Assembly: GCA_041176665.1 (NCBI GenBank)
Contig: JBEDCT010000245.1
Location: 1-30,935 of the forward strand
From: Bacteroidota bacterium
GTDB taxonomy: Bacteria; Bacteroidota; Bacteroidia; Flavobacteriales_D; Crocinitomicaceae
Length of the DNA: 30,935 nt
Direction: 5' to 3'
Notes under the pieces: model-generated
What the model was told of the DNA's origin: nothing
The model's input: only the letters and a program-made list of their open reading frames with translations
The model's database searches: none
Shown: positions 16,556-25,243 of the stretch, in pieces
Numbering within the stretch: the stretch's first letter is position 1
Layout: each line of letters begins with the position of its first letter
Made by a program: the position numbers and the translations under genes

Positions 16556-17446
16556 ATGTTTCAAGGTAATCCATTCGATATGTCGATCCGGCATCAACGG
16601 GGAATTTGGGTGCTACTTATCGCATCCGTAATCATTATTTTCGCGCCACGTTTCTTTTTATTCCTCCAAAAAGATGAGTCAGCTGTTAAATTAGTCCTAC
16701 TACCTGTAGAGGAAAAACCTCGATGGGACACGTCAAAAAAATTCAAACGGTGGAACTCACGCTACAAAAAAAGAAATTGGTCTCGTTCAACAAGGAGCTT
16801 TAAAAAACCAACAAAACCCTTTAATCCAAATGAACTTTCCATGGAGGAATGGATGCAATTTGGTCTGAGCGAAAAGCAAGCATCCATTGTGCTTAAGTTC
16901 ACGAAACGCGGAATTCATTCCAATGAAGAACTTCAGAAAATTAAGTTTATTCCAAAACAAACATTTGAGAACATAAAGGATTTCACTCAATATCCGACAT
17001 TGGATCTGGAAGCAACAAAAAAACCAGCTGTTCAAGGTGCAAGTTCACCAGCCTTAGTAAATGCCAATGAAGCAAGTGAAGAAGAACTCATGAAAATCAA
17101 AGGGCTTGGACCATTTTACGCACGGCAAATCCTCAAATACCAACAACAATTAGGAGGATTTGTACGAAAAGAGCAAATTCTTGAAGTCTGGAAAATGACT
17201 CCGGAAATTTACGCCCAAGTTCAAGCACAATTAAGCTGTGAAACATCCACGATTAGAAAACTCTCTATTAACCAAGCCACCGCGGAGGAATTACAGGCTC
17301 ATCCTTACCTAAATTGGAATCAAGCGAATTCGATTGTTAAAATGAGGATACAAAAAGGAGGCTTTAAATCCATTGAAGAAATAAGAGAATCTGTAATTAT
17401 TGATAAAGAAACATTCGAAAAAGTCAGACCTTACCTATCTTTGTAG
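16556..17446 (+). CDS. Helix-hairpin-helix (ComEA-like) DNA-binding protein with N-terminal membrane anchor
   Basis: Three HhH-type repeats (FNPNELS..EW, VNANEASEEELMKIKGLG, INQATAEEL...GGFKSIEEI) after one TM helix. Confidence 0.85.
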   Translation: MFQGNPFDMSIRHQRGIWVLLIASVIIIFAPRFFLFLQKDESAVKLVLLPVEEKPRWDTSKKFKRWNSRYKKRNWSRSTRSFKKPTKPFNPNELSMEEWMQFGLSEKQASIVLKFTKRGIHSNEELQKIKFIPKQTFENIKDFTQYPTLDLEATKKPAVQGASSPALVNANEASEEELMKIKGLGPFYARQILKYQQQLGGFVRKEQILEVWKMTPEIYAQVQAQLSCETSTIRKLSINQATAEELQAHPYLNWNQANSIVKMRIQKGGFKSIEEIRESVIIDKETFEKVRPYLSL

Positions 17447-17448
17447 GT

Positions 17449-17979
17449 ATGAACATTCAAGATAGACTAAAAACGTGCATTCGAGATGTGGCTGATTTTC
17501 CTAAACCAGGCATCTTGTTTAAGGATATTTCCACAATTATGTTGGATGCTGAATTGTCCGCAGATGTACTAAATCATTTAGTGGAAACGTACAAAGATGC
17601 AAACCTAGATGCCATAGCAGGAATTGAAAGTCGCGGATTTTTATTCGGTTTTCCTTTAGCAATTAAACTTGGCCTACCGTTTATACTAATCCGAAAGGAA
17701 GGAAAACTTCCGTATAACAAAATTAAACACGCCTATGACTTAGAATACGGCAGTGCGGTCATCGAAATGCATAGCGATGCAGTTCAAGCAAATCAACGTG
17801 TTTTAATTCACGATGATTTATTGGCAACAGGTGGATCAGCAAGCGCAGCAGCAGAGTTGATTCAAAAGAGTGGAGCAGTGGTGGCTGGATTCAACTTTTT
17901 GGTAGAACTCAGCTTTTTAGAAGGCCAAGAAAAATTAAAAAATTACTCAACAAATATTAACGGAATAATCTCGTATTAA
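17449..17979 (+). CDS. apt: Adenine phosphoribosyltransferase
   Basis: DFPKPGILFKDI, AGIESRGF, RKEGKLP, YDLEYG and the PRPP-binding LIHDDLLATGGS. Confidence 0.97.
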   Translation: MNIQDRLKTCIRDVADFPKPGILFKDISTIMLDAELSADVLNHLVETYKDANLDAIAGIESRGFLFGFPLAIKLGLPFILIRKEGKLPYNKIKHAYDLEYGSAVIEMHSDAVQANQRVLIHDDLLATGGSASAAAELIQKSGAVVAGFNFLVELSFLEGQEKLKNYSTNINGIISY

Positions 17980-17993
17980 AGATAACTTAAATC

Positions 17994-18033
17994 ATCAACA
18001 ACAATCAACAACAATCAACAACAATCAACAACA
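17994..18033 (+). repeat. Perfect tandem repeat (ATCAACAACA)x4
   Basis: Four identical 10-nt units start at 17994, 18004, 18014 and 18024. The next AT is the start of the ATG at 18034. Confidence 0.97.
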
Positions 18034-19173
18034 ATGAATTTCTCTCTTAACGAAAACCAAGTAATGATCGCACAAATGGTGCGTGACTTTGCCGAAAAGG
18101 AAATCAAACCTTTTTACAAACAATGGGATGCTGATGAGCATTTTCCAGTTGAAACCATGAAAAAAATGGGTGAACTCGGACTCCTAGGCATTTTTATTCC
18201 CGAAGAATACGGAGGATCCGGATTTACGTATTTCGAATATGCAACGGCATTGATTGAACTCGGAAAAGTTTGTGGTGGAATCGGATTAAGTGTTGCTGCT
18301 CACAATTCATTGTGTACCGGACATATCTACTACCATGGAAACGAAGCGCAAAAGAAAAAATTCCTTCCGAAATTGGCTTCAGGTGAATTCATTGGCGCTT
18401 GGGGACTTACTGAAGCAAATACTGGTTCTGATGCGATGCGCATGCAGACAACTGCGGTAAAGGATGGAAACGATTGGGTAATTAATGGCGCCAAAAATTG
18501 GATAACTCATGGTCTAAGCGGTGATATTTCCGTGATTTTAGTGCGTACAGGTGAATTATTAGACTCAAACGGAATTACTGCGTTTATCATTGAAAAAGAT
18601 ATGCCAGGTTTCTCTGCTGTTAAAATTAAAGATAAACTGGGCGTTAGAGCGAGCGAAACAGCCGAACTTATTTTCGATAATGTACGTGTTCCTCAAGAAA
18701 ATGTCATTGGAAATATCGGTGATGGATTCAAACAAGCCATGCAAATCCTTGATGGTGGACGCGTTTCTATCGCGTCCCTTAGCTGTGGAATCGCAAGAGG
18801 AGCATATGAGTCCTCGGTAAAGTATGCAAAGGAACGCGAGCAGTTCGGACATCCAATCGCGCAATTTCAAGCAATTGCCTTCAAATTGGCAGATATGAAA
18901 ACGCAATTGGAAGCAGCAGAATTATTAACCTACCAGGCTGCGTATAGAAAAAATGAGAAATTACACATGACTAAAGAAGGCGCATTCGCGAAGTACTTTG
19001 CATCTGAGGTTTCGGTGAAATGTGGTAACGAAGCGGTACAAATTATGGGTGGATATGGATACACAAAAGAGTATCCAGCAGAGAAGTTCTTGCGCGATGC
19101 GAAACTCATGACAATTGGAGAAGGAACGTCAGAAATTCAAAAATTGGTAATTTCTCGAGAAATATTGAAATAA
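18034..19173 (+). CDS. Acyl-CoA dehydrogenase family protein
   Basis: GAWGLTEANTGSDA, INGAKNWIT, KLGVRASET, LDGGRVSIA, REQFGHPIAQFQAI, QIMGGYGY and IGEGTSEIQKLVI. Confidence 0.95.
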   Translation: MNFSLNENQVMIAQMVRDFAEKEIKPFYKQWDADEHFPVETMKKMGELGLLGIFIPEEYGGSGFTYFEYATALIELGKVCGGIGLSVAAHNSLCTGHIYYHGNEAQKKKFLPKLASGEFIGAWGLTEANTGSDAMRMQTTAVKDGNDWVINGAKNWITHGLSGDISVILVRTGELLDSNGITAFIIEKDMPGFSAVKIKDKLGVRASETAELIFDNVRVPQENVIGNIGDGFKQAMQILDGGRVSIASLSCGIARGAYESSVKYAKEREQFGHPIAQFQAIAFKLADMKTQLEAAELLTYQAAYRKNEKLHMTKEGAFAKYFASEVSVKCGNEAVQIMGGYGYTKEYPAEKFLRDAKLMTIGEGTSEIQKLVISREILK

Positions 19174-19176
19174 TTT

Positions 19177-19207
19177 TTTGTGAATTAGGATTAATGTCCT
19201 ATCTTTG
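19177..19207 (+). promoter_or_regulatory. Promoter of rpsU
   Basis: TTTG (19177-19180), N19, TATCTTTG (19200-19207): a perfect Bacteroidota consensus. Confidence 0.85.
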
Positions 19208-19238
19208 CCAACCTAAGTTTAAAAGTAAATTATAACAT

Positions 19239-19430
19239 ATGTTGATCATTCCAATTAAAGAAGGCGAAAACATCGAAAGAGCTTTGAAGAAGTACAAGAA
19301 AAAGTACGAGAAAACAAATATGATGAAGCAATTGCGTGGACGCAAAGAGTTTATTAAACCATCTATTTCTCGTCGCCAGGAAATCATCCGAGCTGCTTAC
19401 AAACAAAGAATGCAGTCAGCTGAACTGTAA
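19239..19430 (+). CDS. rpsU: 30S ribosomal protein bS21
   Basis: MLIIPIKEGENIERALKKYKKK...KPSISRR..I.RAAY, the Bacteroidota-type bS21, with Tyr at position 54. Confidence 0.96.
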   Translation: MLIIPIKEGENIERALKKYKKKYEKTNMMKQLRGRKEFIKPSISRRQEIIRAAYKQRMQSAEL

Positions 19431-19452
19431 CATTTGTTCAATATATTCGTTG

Positions 19453-19477
19453 AAAAGGAGCGTAAGCTCCTTTTTTT
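19453..19477 (+). terminator. Intrinsic terminator after rpsU
   Basis: AAAAGGAGC-gtaa-GCTCCTTTT with a GNRA loop and T7 run (19471-19477). Confidence 0.9.
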
Positions 19478-20359
19478 ATGCTCGAACATTTTATCCAATA
19501 CCTCTCTTTTGAAAAAAGATACTCTCCTCATACCATTGGAGCGTACGAGCACGATGTACAACAATTCATAGATTTTGCTGAGTTAACATCAAAAAAAGAT
19601 TTTCAAGAAGTAAATTCATTCCTCGTTCGAGGTTGGATCGTTCAACTCATTGATGATGGCATAAGCAATCGCAGTGTCAATCGAAAATTGGCTTCCTTGC
19701 GCACCTATTTTAAATGGTTAAGGAAAGAAGGCGAAATCACCACAAATCCACTTGCGAAACTACAAGGTCCTAAAAACGAAAAACGATTACCCATTTTTGT
19801 GAAGGAGTCCGAACTAGATCAAGCGAAAACAAGCATCCTTTTTTCCACCGATTTTAATGGGGTCCGCGATGAACTGATGTTCGAACTATTTTATCAAACG
19901 GGAATTCGTTTGAGCGAGCTTATCGGGCTCAAGGACTCAGATGTGAGCGAACAACACATCAAAGTACTCGGAAAACGCAACAAAGAGCGTTTAATCCCCA
20001 TCTCAAATCAATTAAGTCAATCGATTCAGTTGTTTAGAACGATGAAAAGAAAGATGGGAATCGATTCATTGAAACTAGTTACCCGTGAAAACGGCATGGA
20101 CCTTTACCCATCATTGGTCTATCGAAAAATCAATACCATACTTGAAACCTTAACGACTTCGGATAAAAAAAGTCCACACGTACTTCGACACACATTTGCC
20201 ACACATCTCCTAAATCGAGGGACTGGATTAGAAACCTTGAAAGACTTGCTAGGACACGCAAATTTATCGGCTACGCAAGTGTATACGCACAACTCTTTTG
20301 CGCAACTTACGGCCGTTTATGCACAAGCCCATCCACGCGGAATACAGAAAACAAAATAG
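19478..20359 (+). CDS. xerC: Tyrosine recombinase XerC/XerD family
   Basis: YS.HT..AY..D SAM domain, RKLASLRTYFK, catalytic R (TGIRLSE), K (GKRNKER), HxxR (PHVLRHTFATHLL), LLGH and Tyr (TQVYTH). No neighbouring mobile-element genes. Confidence 0.85.
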   Translation: MLEHFIQYLSFEKRYSPHTIGAYEHDVQQFIDFAELTSKKDFQEVNSFLVRGWIVQLIDDGISNRSVNRKLASLRTYFKWLRKEGEITTNPLAKLQGPKNEKRLPIFVKESELDQAKTSILFSTDFNGVRDELMFELFYQTGIRLSELIGLKDSDVSEQHIKVLGKRNKERLIPISNQLSQSIQLFRTMKRKMGIDSLKLVTRENGMDLYPSLVYRKINTILETLTTSDKKSPHVLRHTFATHLLNRGTGLETLKDLLGHANLSATQVYTHNSFAQLTAVYAQAHPRGIQKTK

Positions 20360-20385
20360 TTGTAGAGTCCCTATGTGAAAATCCA

Positions 20386-20393
20386 TATCTTTG
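20386..20393 (+). promoter_or_regulatory. -7 promoter element for the PfkB operon
   Basis: TATCTTTG lies inside the ORF-track extension (20375-20410), which supports the ATG at 20411 as the real start. Confidence 0.65.
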
Positions 20394-20410
20394 CAGGGAA
20401 TTTTTTGTAT

Positions 20411-21331
20411 ATGAAGTTAGTAACTGTAGGAAGTGTAGCGTTTGATGCTATTGAAACGCCGTTTGGAAAAACGGATAAAATTGTTGGTGGTGCTGGAACA
20501 TTTATTTCTTTGGCTTCTTCGTTTTTCGCGAAGGAACAAGGATTAATCTCGGTCGTAGGAGAGGATTTCCCTAATGAAACATTGAGTTATTTAACATCAC
20601 GAGGTGTAAATATTGATGGTGTTCAAATTAAAATAGGAGAGAAAACGTTCTTTTGGTCGGGAAAGTATCACAATGACATGAACTCGCGCGACACCTTAGT
20701 GACGGAATTAAATGTTCTTGGAACATTTGACCCGATCGTTCCTGAAGTTTGTCAAGGTGCAGATTACCTAATGTTAGGTAATTTGAGTCCGCAAGTACAA
20801 CTTTCTGTCATCAATCGCATGGAAAAACGTCCAAAGCTTATTGCAATGGATACCATGAATTTCTGGATGGATATCGCTTTGGACGATTTAATGGAAACCA
20901 TGAAGCATGTAGATGTGCTCATCATAAACGACGAAGAGGCCAGACAACTTTCCAAAGAATATTCGTTAGTACGAGCTGCAAAAATTATTCGTGCAATGGG
21001 TCCTAAAATCTTAATCATCAAAAAAGGTGAGCACGGAGCATTATTATTCCATGGAGAAAATATTTTCTTTGCTCCAGCCTTGCCTTTAGAGGAAGTATTC
21101 GATCCAACAGGAGCGGGAGACACCTTCGCTGGTGGATTTATGGGGTACTTAGCATCAACTGATGATGATTCATTTGAGAACATGAAACGAGCAATTATCG
21201 CCGGATCTGCATTAGCCTCTTTTTGCGTAGAGAAATTCGGAACACAAAGGCTTACAGAAATAACAACACAAGATATAAATCAACGAATTAGTCAATTCGT
21301 GGCATTGTCTAACTTTGAAATGAACCTATAA
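20411..21331 (+). CDS. PfkB/ribokinase family carbohydrate or nucleoside kinase
   Basis: MKLVTVGSVAFD, VGGAGTF, INDEEARQL, IKKGEHGA and DPTGAGDTFAGGF (PfkB signature). Start moved from 20375. Confidence 0.92.
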   Translation: MKLVTVGSVAFDAIETPFGKTDKIVGGAGTFISLASSFFAKEQGLISVVGEDFPNETLSYLTSRGVNIDGVQIKIGEKTFFWSGKYHNDMNSRDTLVTELNVLGTFDPIVPEVCQGADYLMLGNLSPQVQLSVINRMEKRPKLIAMDTMNFWMDIALDDLMETMKHVDVLIINDEEARQLSKEYSLVRAAKIIRAMGPKILIIKKGEHGALLFHGENIFFAPALPLEEVFDPTGAGDTFAGGFMGYLASTDDDSFENMKRAIIAGSALASFCVEKFGTQRLTEITTQDINQRISQFVALSNFEMNL

Positions 21332-23040
21332 TGGAACTCACTAATTTTCAAGAAAAAATACAGGTATTAGAAGCATCAGAGGATTTAATCGGACTCGGAA
21401 GAGATGCCTCGGAATTACGTCAAGAATTCGAAGATTTCATCATCGAAGCTGAACGCGTTGAACAAGTAAAACGTCTAGAAGCAGCTGATCAAGGAACGAG
21501 TTACGAAGAATTCGATTACGCTCCAATGAAAGAAGCTTTTTTTGACACATACAAAGCGTTTCAAGAAAAAAGAAAAAAACAAGTGGAGTTAAAAACGGCA
21601 CTTGAAAATGAAAACTTCAAACAAAAGAAAGTACTTGTTGATCGATTGAAAGATGTTATCGAGAACGAGGAGAAAATTGGAACAGCTTTTAACGCCTACA
21701 AGGAAATCCATGAAAACTGGAAGAAAGTTGGAGACATTCCTCGTGATAAACGTGAGGCTTTGCAAAAGGAATATTCTCGATTACTCGAGATTTTCTTCTA
21801 CAACATCAAAATTTACAAAGAACTGAAGGAACATGATTATAAGCGTAATCAACAACTTAAAGAAGCGCTTCTCTTCAAATTAAAACAACTCCGCACGGCA
21901 AATTTACCTGTTCGTGAAGCGGAGGCAAGTCTACGTTCTATTCAAGATGAGTGGGAGGAAATTGGTCCAGTACAAAACGAAGAATGGGAATCTTTGAAGA
22001 ATGCTTACTGGGAAACAGTCCGTGGAGTATACGAGAAATTTAATGAGCATTACGAACAACAAAGAGTTGTTCTAAAAGAAAATATTGATGCGAAAAAGGC
22101 GCTAATCGAGAAATTAGTTGCTGTCAACGAAACCCTAGCAAGTATTTCTTCCGCAAAAGAATGGGAACAAAAAACAAAAGACGTTTTGGGTTTACAAGAA
22201 GCATGGAAGAAAATTGGATTCGGTTCTCGAAAAGAGAATGAGCTGGTTTACCAAGAATTCCGTAAGCATTGTGATGTCTTTTTTCAAGCGAAAAAAGAAT
22301 TCTCAAAGGACATTGAAACTAAGTTCAAAGATGTAGCGGACAACAAACGAAAACTCATTGAGGAAGCGAAAGCATTGAGTCATTCCGAAGATTGGAAAAG
22401 CACATCGGAAAAATTAATTCAATTGCAGAAAAGATGGAAAGAGTCTGGTAATGCCGGACATCGTTTTGAGAATAAATTGTGGACCGAATTCCGAGGAGCA
22501 TGCAATATCTTTTTCGAAGCTAAAGAAGCTCACTTTAAAGTTCAAGATGATGCGAATGCATCGAATCTTACGGCAAAAAATGACTTGATTTCAGAAGTTC
22601 AAAATTGGATAGTTCCAACAGAAAAACAAGAGGCAATAGCTGCTTTAAGATCTTTCCAGAATAGATTCAACGAGTTGGGACAAGTTCCCATGAAAGAAAA
22701 AAACAACGTTTATCAAAATTTCAAAAAGGCCATTGATGAAAAATATGCCGCATTGAAATTAGAAGGACAAGAAAAAGAGAATATCTTTTTCAAAGCTAAG
22801 CTTGATAATTTGGAATCTAGTCCGGACCGCGTGAGATTATTGCAAGGGGAGAAAAATGAAATCCGTAAGCAAATCGAAACACTGACCAAAGAAATCATGT
22901 TGTTAGAAAATAACCTTGGATTCTTTGCGAAATCAAAGGGAGCGGATGCCTTAAGAGCAGATGTCGATAAAAAAGTGAAGCACGCACAAGAAAGAATTCA
23001 ACAATTGAAGCAAAAACTTAAATTAATCCCGAATGAATAG
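21331..23040 (+). CDS. DUF349 domain-containing all-helical protein
   Basis: Repeated W(K/E)xxGxxx.....L(W/Y)xxF units (WKKVGDIP, WEEIGPVQ, WKKIGFGS, WKESGNAG, FNELGQVP) and C-terminal LENNLGFFAKS. TAATG overlap with the PfkB stop. Confidence 0.85.
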   Translation: MELTNFQEKIQVLEASEDLIGLGRDASELRQEFEDFIIEAERVEQVKRLEAADQGTSYEEFDYAPMKEAFFDTYKAFQEKRKKQVELKTALENENFKQKKVLVDRLKDVIENEEKIGTAFNAYKEIHENWKKVGDIPRDKREALQKEYSRLLEIFFYNIKIYKELKEHDYKRNQQLKEALLFKLKQLRTANLPVREAEASLRSIQDEWEEIGPVQNEEWESLKNAYWETVRGVYEKFNEHYEQQRVVLKENIDAKKALIEKLVAVNETLASISSAKEWEQKTKDVLGLQEAWKKIGFGSRKENELVYQEFRKHCDVFFQAKKEFSKDIETKFKDVADNKRKLIEEAKALSHSEDWKSTSEKLIQLQKRWKESGNAGHRFENKLWTEFRGACNIFFEAKEAHFKVQDDANASNLTAKNDLISEVQNWIVPTEKQEAIAALRSFQNRFNELGQVPMKEKNNVYQNFKKAIDEKYAALKLEGQEKENIFFKAKLDNLESSPDRVRLLQGEKNEIRKQIETLTKEIMLLENNLGFFAKSKGADALRADVDKKVKHAQERIQQLKQKLKLIPNE

Positions 23041-23701
23041 TTTTATCAATGTTCTGTTATTGGTGGTCACATTTCCAACCATGTTGTTATCGGTTTTTGT
23101 TGGCTTCGATTTACCCATTGATTTTTTGAATACAACTGGCGCTAATTTGTTGTATCGTTTTGAGGTGTTTTTAGGCCTTGGATTGGTTTATGCCATCATT
23201 AGTTTGCGTCGTTCCGTTCGCCGTTGGATGGGCGTTTTTATGACTTCAAAAACGACAAAGTTTGCCTGGAATGGCACCATCAGTCGTGAACGCAAACAAC
23301 GCGTCATTCTTTATACTTCGATTGAATCCATTGTCATGGGTTTTCTTGCACTATCTTATCATTATGTCACAGAGCAGGCGATTTTCATTAGCGGGGTATT
23401 AGTCTTTTTCGCGATTGAATCGTTGGTGTTTTTAGTGGTGAATGTGAAAAATAACTTTAGAGTAGGAATTACTTCGAAGGCCGTACTTGTAAGTGATCGT
23501 GAAATTATATTAATTTACCTTGCCGGACTTCGAAAAGTCAGTGTGAGTCAACAAACGGTCTATTTCGATTACATTCAAGAGCTTCAATTATCCTTCCCCA
23601 TTGATTGCGTAGAAGCATCTGAACGTTCAGCGTTTTTTACCAGTCTCGAAGCACAACTAGATCCTAACAGAGTACTTTTCCAAAACACCATTCAGAAGTA
23701 A
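23033..23701 (+). CDS. Hypothetical integral membrane protein (about 4 TM helices plus soluble C-terminal tail)
   Basis: Four hydrophobic segments. Overlaps the DUF349 stop by 8 nt. No motif recognised. Confidence 0.7.
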   Translation: MNSFINVLLLVVTFPTMLLSVFVGFDLPIDFLNTTGANLLYRFEVFLGLGLVYAIISLRRSVRRWMGVFMTSKTTKFAWNGTISRERKQRVILYTSIESIVMGFLALSYHYVTEQAIFISGVLVFFAIESLVFLVVNVKNNFRVGITSKAVLVSDREIILIYLAGLRKVSVSQQTVYFDYIQELQLSFPIDCVEASERSAFFTSLEAQLDPNRVLFQNTIQK

Positions 23702-23739
23702 TTTTTGTACTTTCGAAGGATTAACTAATCTACGAACGC

Positions 23740-24726
23740 TTGAAAATATTGCTTATTCGATTTAGCTCTATTGGAGATATCGTGCTCACTTTCCCAGTGG
23801 TGAACGCAATAAGAAAGTCTTTCCCAAAAGCAAAAATTCACTTTGCAAGTAAAAAAAGTTTCGAAACCTTACTACTTGGAGCGGAGGGAATTGATCAATT
23901 TCATTTTCTTTCTGATTCCTTTTCGACATTTAAAAGTGAAATAAAAAACGAAGGTTTTGATTACATCATTGATTTACATAATAACATAAGGACTAGACGA
24001 TTAACCCTTGGTCTTTCTGCGAAAACGGTACGTTTTGACAAACTAAATTTCTGTAAATGGCTTTTCACTCAGTTCAAATGGAAAGTAATGCCGAATGTTC
24101 ATGTCGTTGATCGTTATTTGGAAACATTAAAGGTTTTAGGAATTGATTCCGTACTTCAAATTGAAAATAAGTTTATCATCCCACCTGCGAGTCACAAAAA
24201 CATTCAGGAAAGCTTTCCAAAAATAAGTGGTTCTTTCATTGCAATTGCCATTGGCGCGCAGTTTAAAACGAAGCGTGTACCGAAGGAAAAATGGGTAGAA
24301 ATACTCAATGAAATCGATGCTAATATCATGATAATTGGGGGTCCGATGGACCATGAAATCGGTGAGTGGCTAGTGGAGAAATGTCCAAGCAAAACCATTG
24401 AAAACACGTGCGGAAAATTGACTATTTTAGAGTCTGCAAGTGTCGTTTCACAAGCAAAAAGTTTGCTCACAAACGATACGGGAATGATGCATATTGCCGC
24501 TTGTTTTGATACACAAATCATATCTATTTGGGGGAACACTACGCCGGAATTTGGAATGAGTCCGTATAGACCGCAAGGAACAAATATTGATCAACAATTT
24601 CAGGTTGAAGGACTTTCCTGTCGTCCGTGTTCGAAAATTGGATTCCACGAATGTCCAAAAAATCACTTTCATTGCATGACTATGCAAGATGCCAAAGCTA
24701 TTGCGTTAAGCGTTGTAAAAGATTAA
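23740..24726 (+). CDS. Glycosyltransferase family 9 (heptosyltransferase-like)
   Basis: TTG start; KILLIRFSSIGDIVLT, IDLH, LLTNDTGMMHIAA, SIWGNT and C-terminal CRPCSKIG..ECPKNHFHCM. Confidence 0.92.
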   Translation: MKILLIRFSSIGDIVLTFPVVNAIRKSFPKAKIHFASKKSFETLLLGAEGIDQFHFLSDSFSTFKSEIKNEGFDYIIDLHNNIRTRRLTLGLSAKTVRFDKLNFCKWLFTQFKWKVMPNVHVVDRYLETLKVLGIDSVLQIENKFIIPPASHKNIQESFPKISGSFIAIAIGAQFKTKRVPKEKWVEILNEIDANIMIIGGPMDHEIGEWLVEKCPSKTIENTCGKLTILESASVVSQAKSLLTNDTGMMHIAACFDTQIISIWGNTTPEFGMSPYRPQGTNIDQQFQVEGLSCRPCSKIGFHECPKNHFHCMTMQDAKAIALSVVKD

Positions 24727-25238
24727 TCTACCAAGAATAATTTTCTTAATTCCGTCGCCTCTGCTGGTTGCATTTTTCCAGCCAAAATCAAACTGAGTTG
24801 TTTACGTCTAAGCGCTCCTTCAAAACGTTCAATTTCTTCGGCAGTCTCAGGGATTAGTTCTGGCACTTGAATAGGACCGCCATTTTGATCTACCGCAACA
24901 AATGTATAAATGGCTTCGTTGCACTTTTCTTTAGCGCCAGTCAGATTATCTTCTACGAAAACATCGACAAATATTTCCATCGATGAATTAAAAGCCCGAG
25001 ACACTTTTGCTTCCAAGGTAACAATGGAAGCATGGTTGATTGGCTTCTGGAATGAAACATTGTTTACAGATGCTGTCACCACGACGCGTTTGCAATGACG
25101 ATGTGCTGAAACACTGGCAATAACATCCATCCAAGCTAATAATTGTCCCCCAAATAAATTACCCAAGGTATTCGTGTCATTTGGCAATACAACTTTCGTG
25201 GAAATCGATAAGGTATCACATGCTTTAACTGCTTTCAT
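24723..25238 (-). CDS. Acyl-CoA thioesterase (hotdog fold, YciA-like)
   Basis: LPNDTNTLGNLFGGQLLAWMD, VVTASVNNVSF, FNSSME and TFVAVD. Confidence 0.92.
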   Translation of the reverse strand: MKAVKACDTLSISTKVVLPNDTNTLGNLFGGQLLAWMDVIASVSAHRHCKRVVVTASVNNVSFQKPINHASIVTLEAKVSRAFNSSMEIFVDVFVEDNLTGAKEKCNEAIYTFVAVDQNGGPIQVPELIPETAEEIERFEGALRRKQLSLILAGKMQPAEATELRKLFLVD

Positions 25239-25243
25239 AAGGA

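Noticed and set aside
16556-17446. HhH/ComEA-like gene as evidence of a competence locus
   Set aside because: No comEC, pilin or other uptake genes are adjacent, and such HhH proteins are widespread in Bacteroidota.
17994-18033. Tandem repeat as a CRISPR array or coding repeat
   Set aside because: The units are 10 nt with no spacers and no cas genes, and they lie in a 54-nt intergenic gap.
19478-20359. Tyrosine recombinase as the integrase of a prophage or island
   Set aside because: It has XerC-like length and motifs, sits directly behind rpsU among housekeeping genes, and has no att-like repeats, tRNA or mobile cargo nearby.
20375-20410. ORF-track N-terminal extensions of PfkB (also 8868-8891, 12397-12405 and 25356-25376)
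   Set aside because: Downstream ATGs give canonical N-termini or signal peptides. For PfkB a -7 element lies within the extension, and for the SDR the ATG forms an ATGA overlap.
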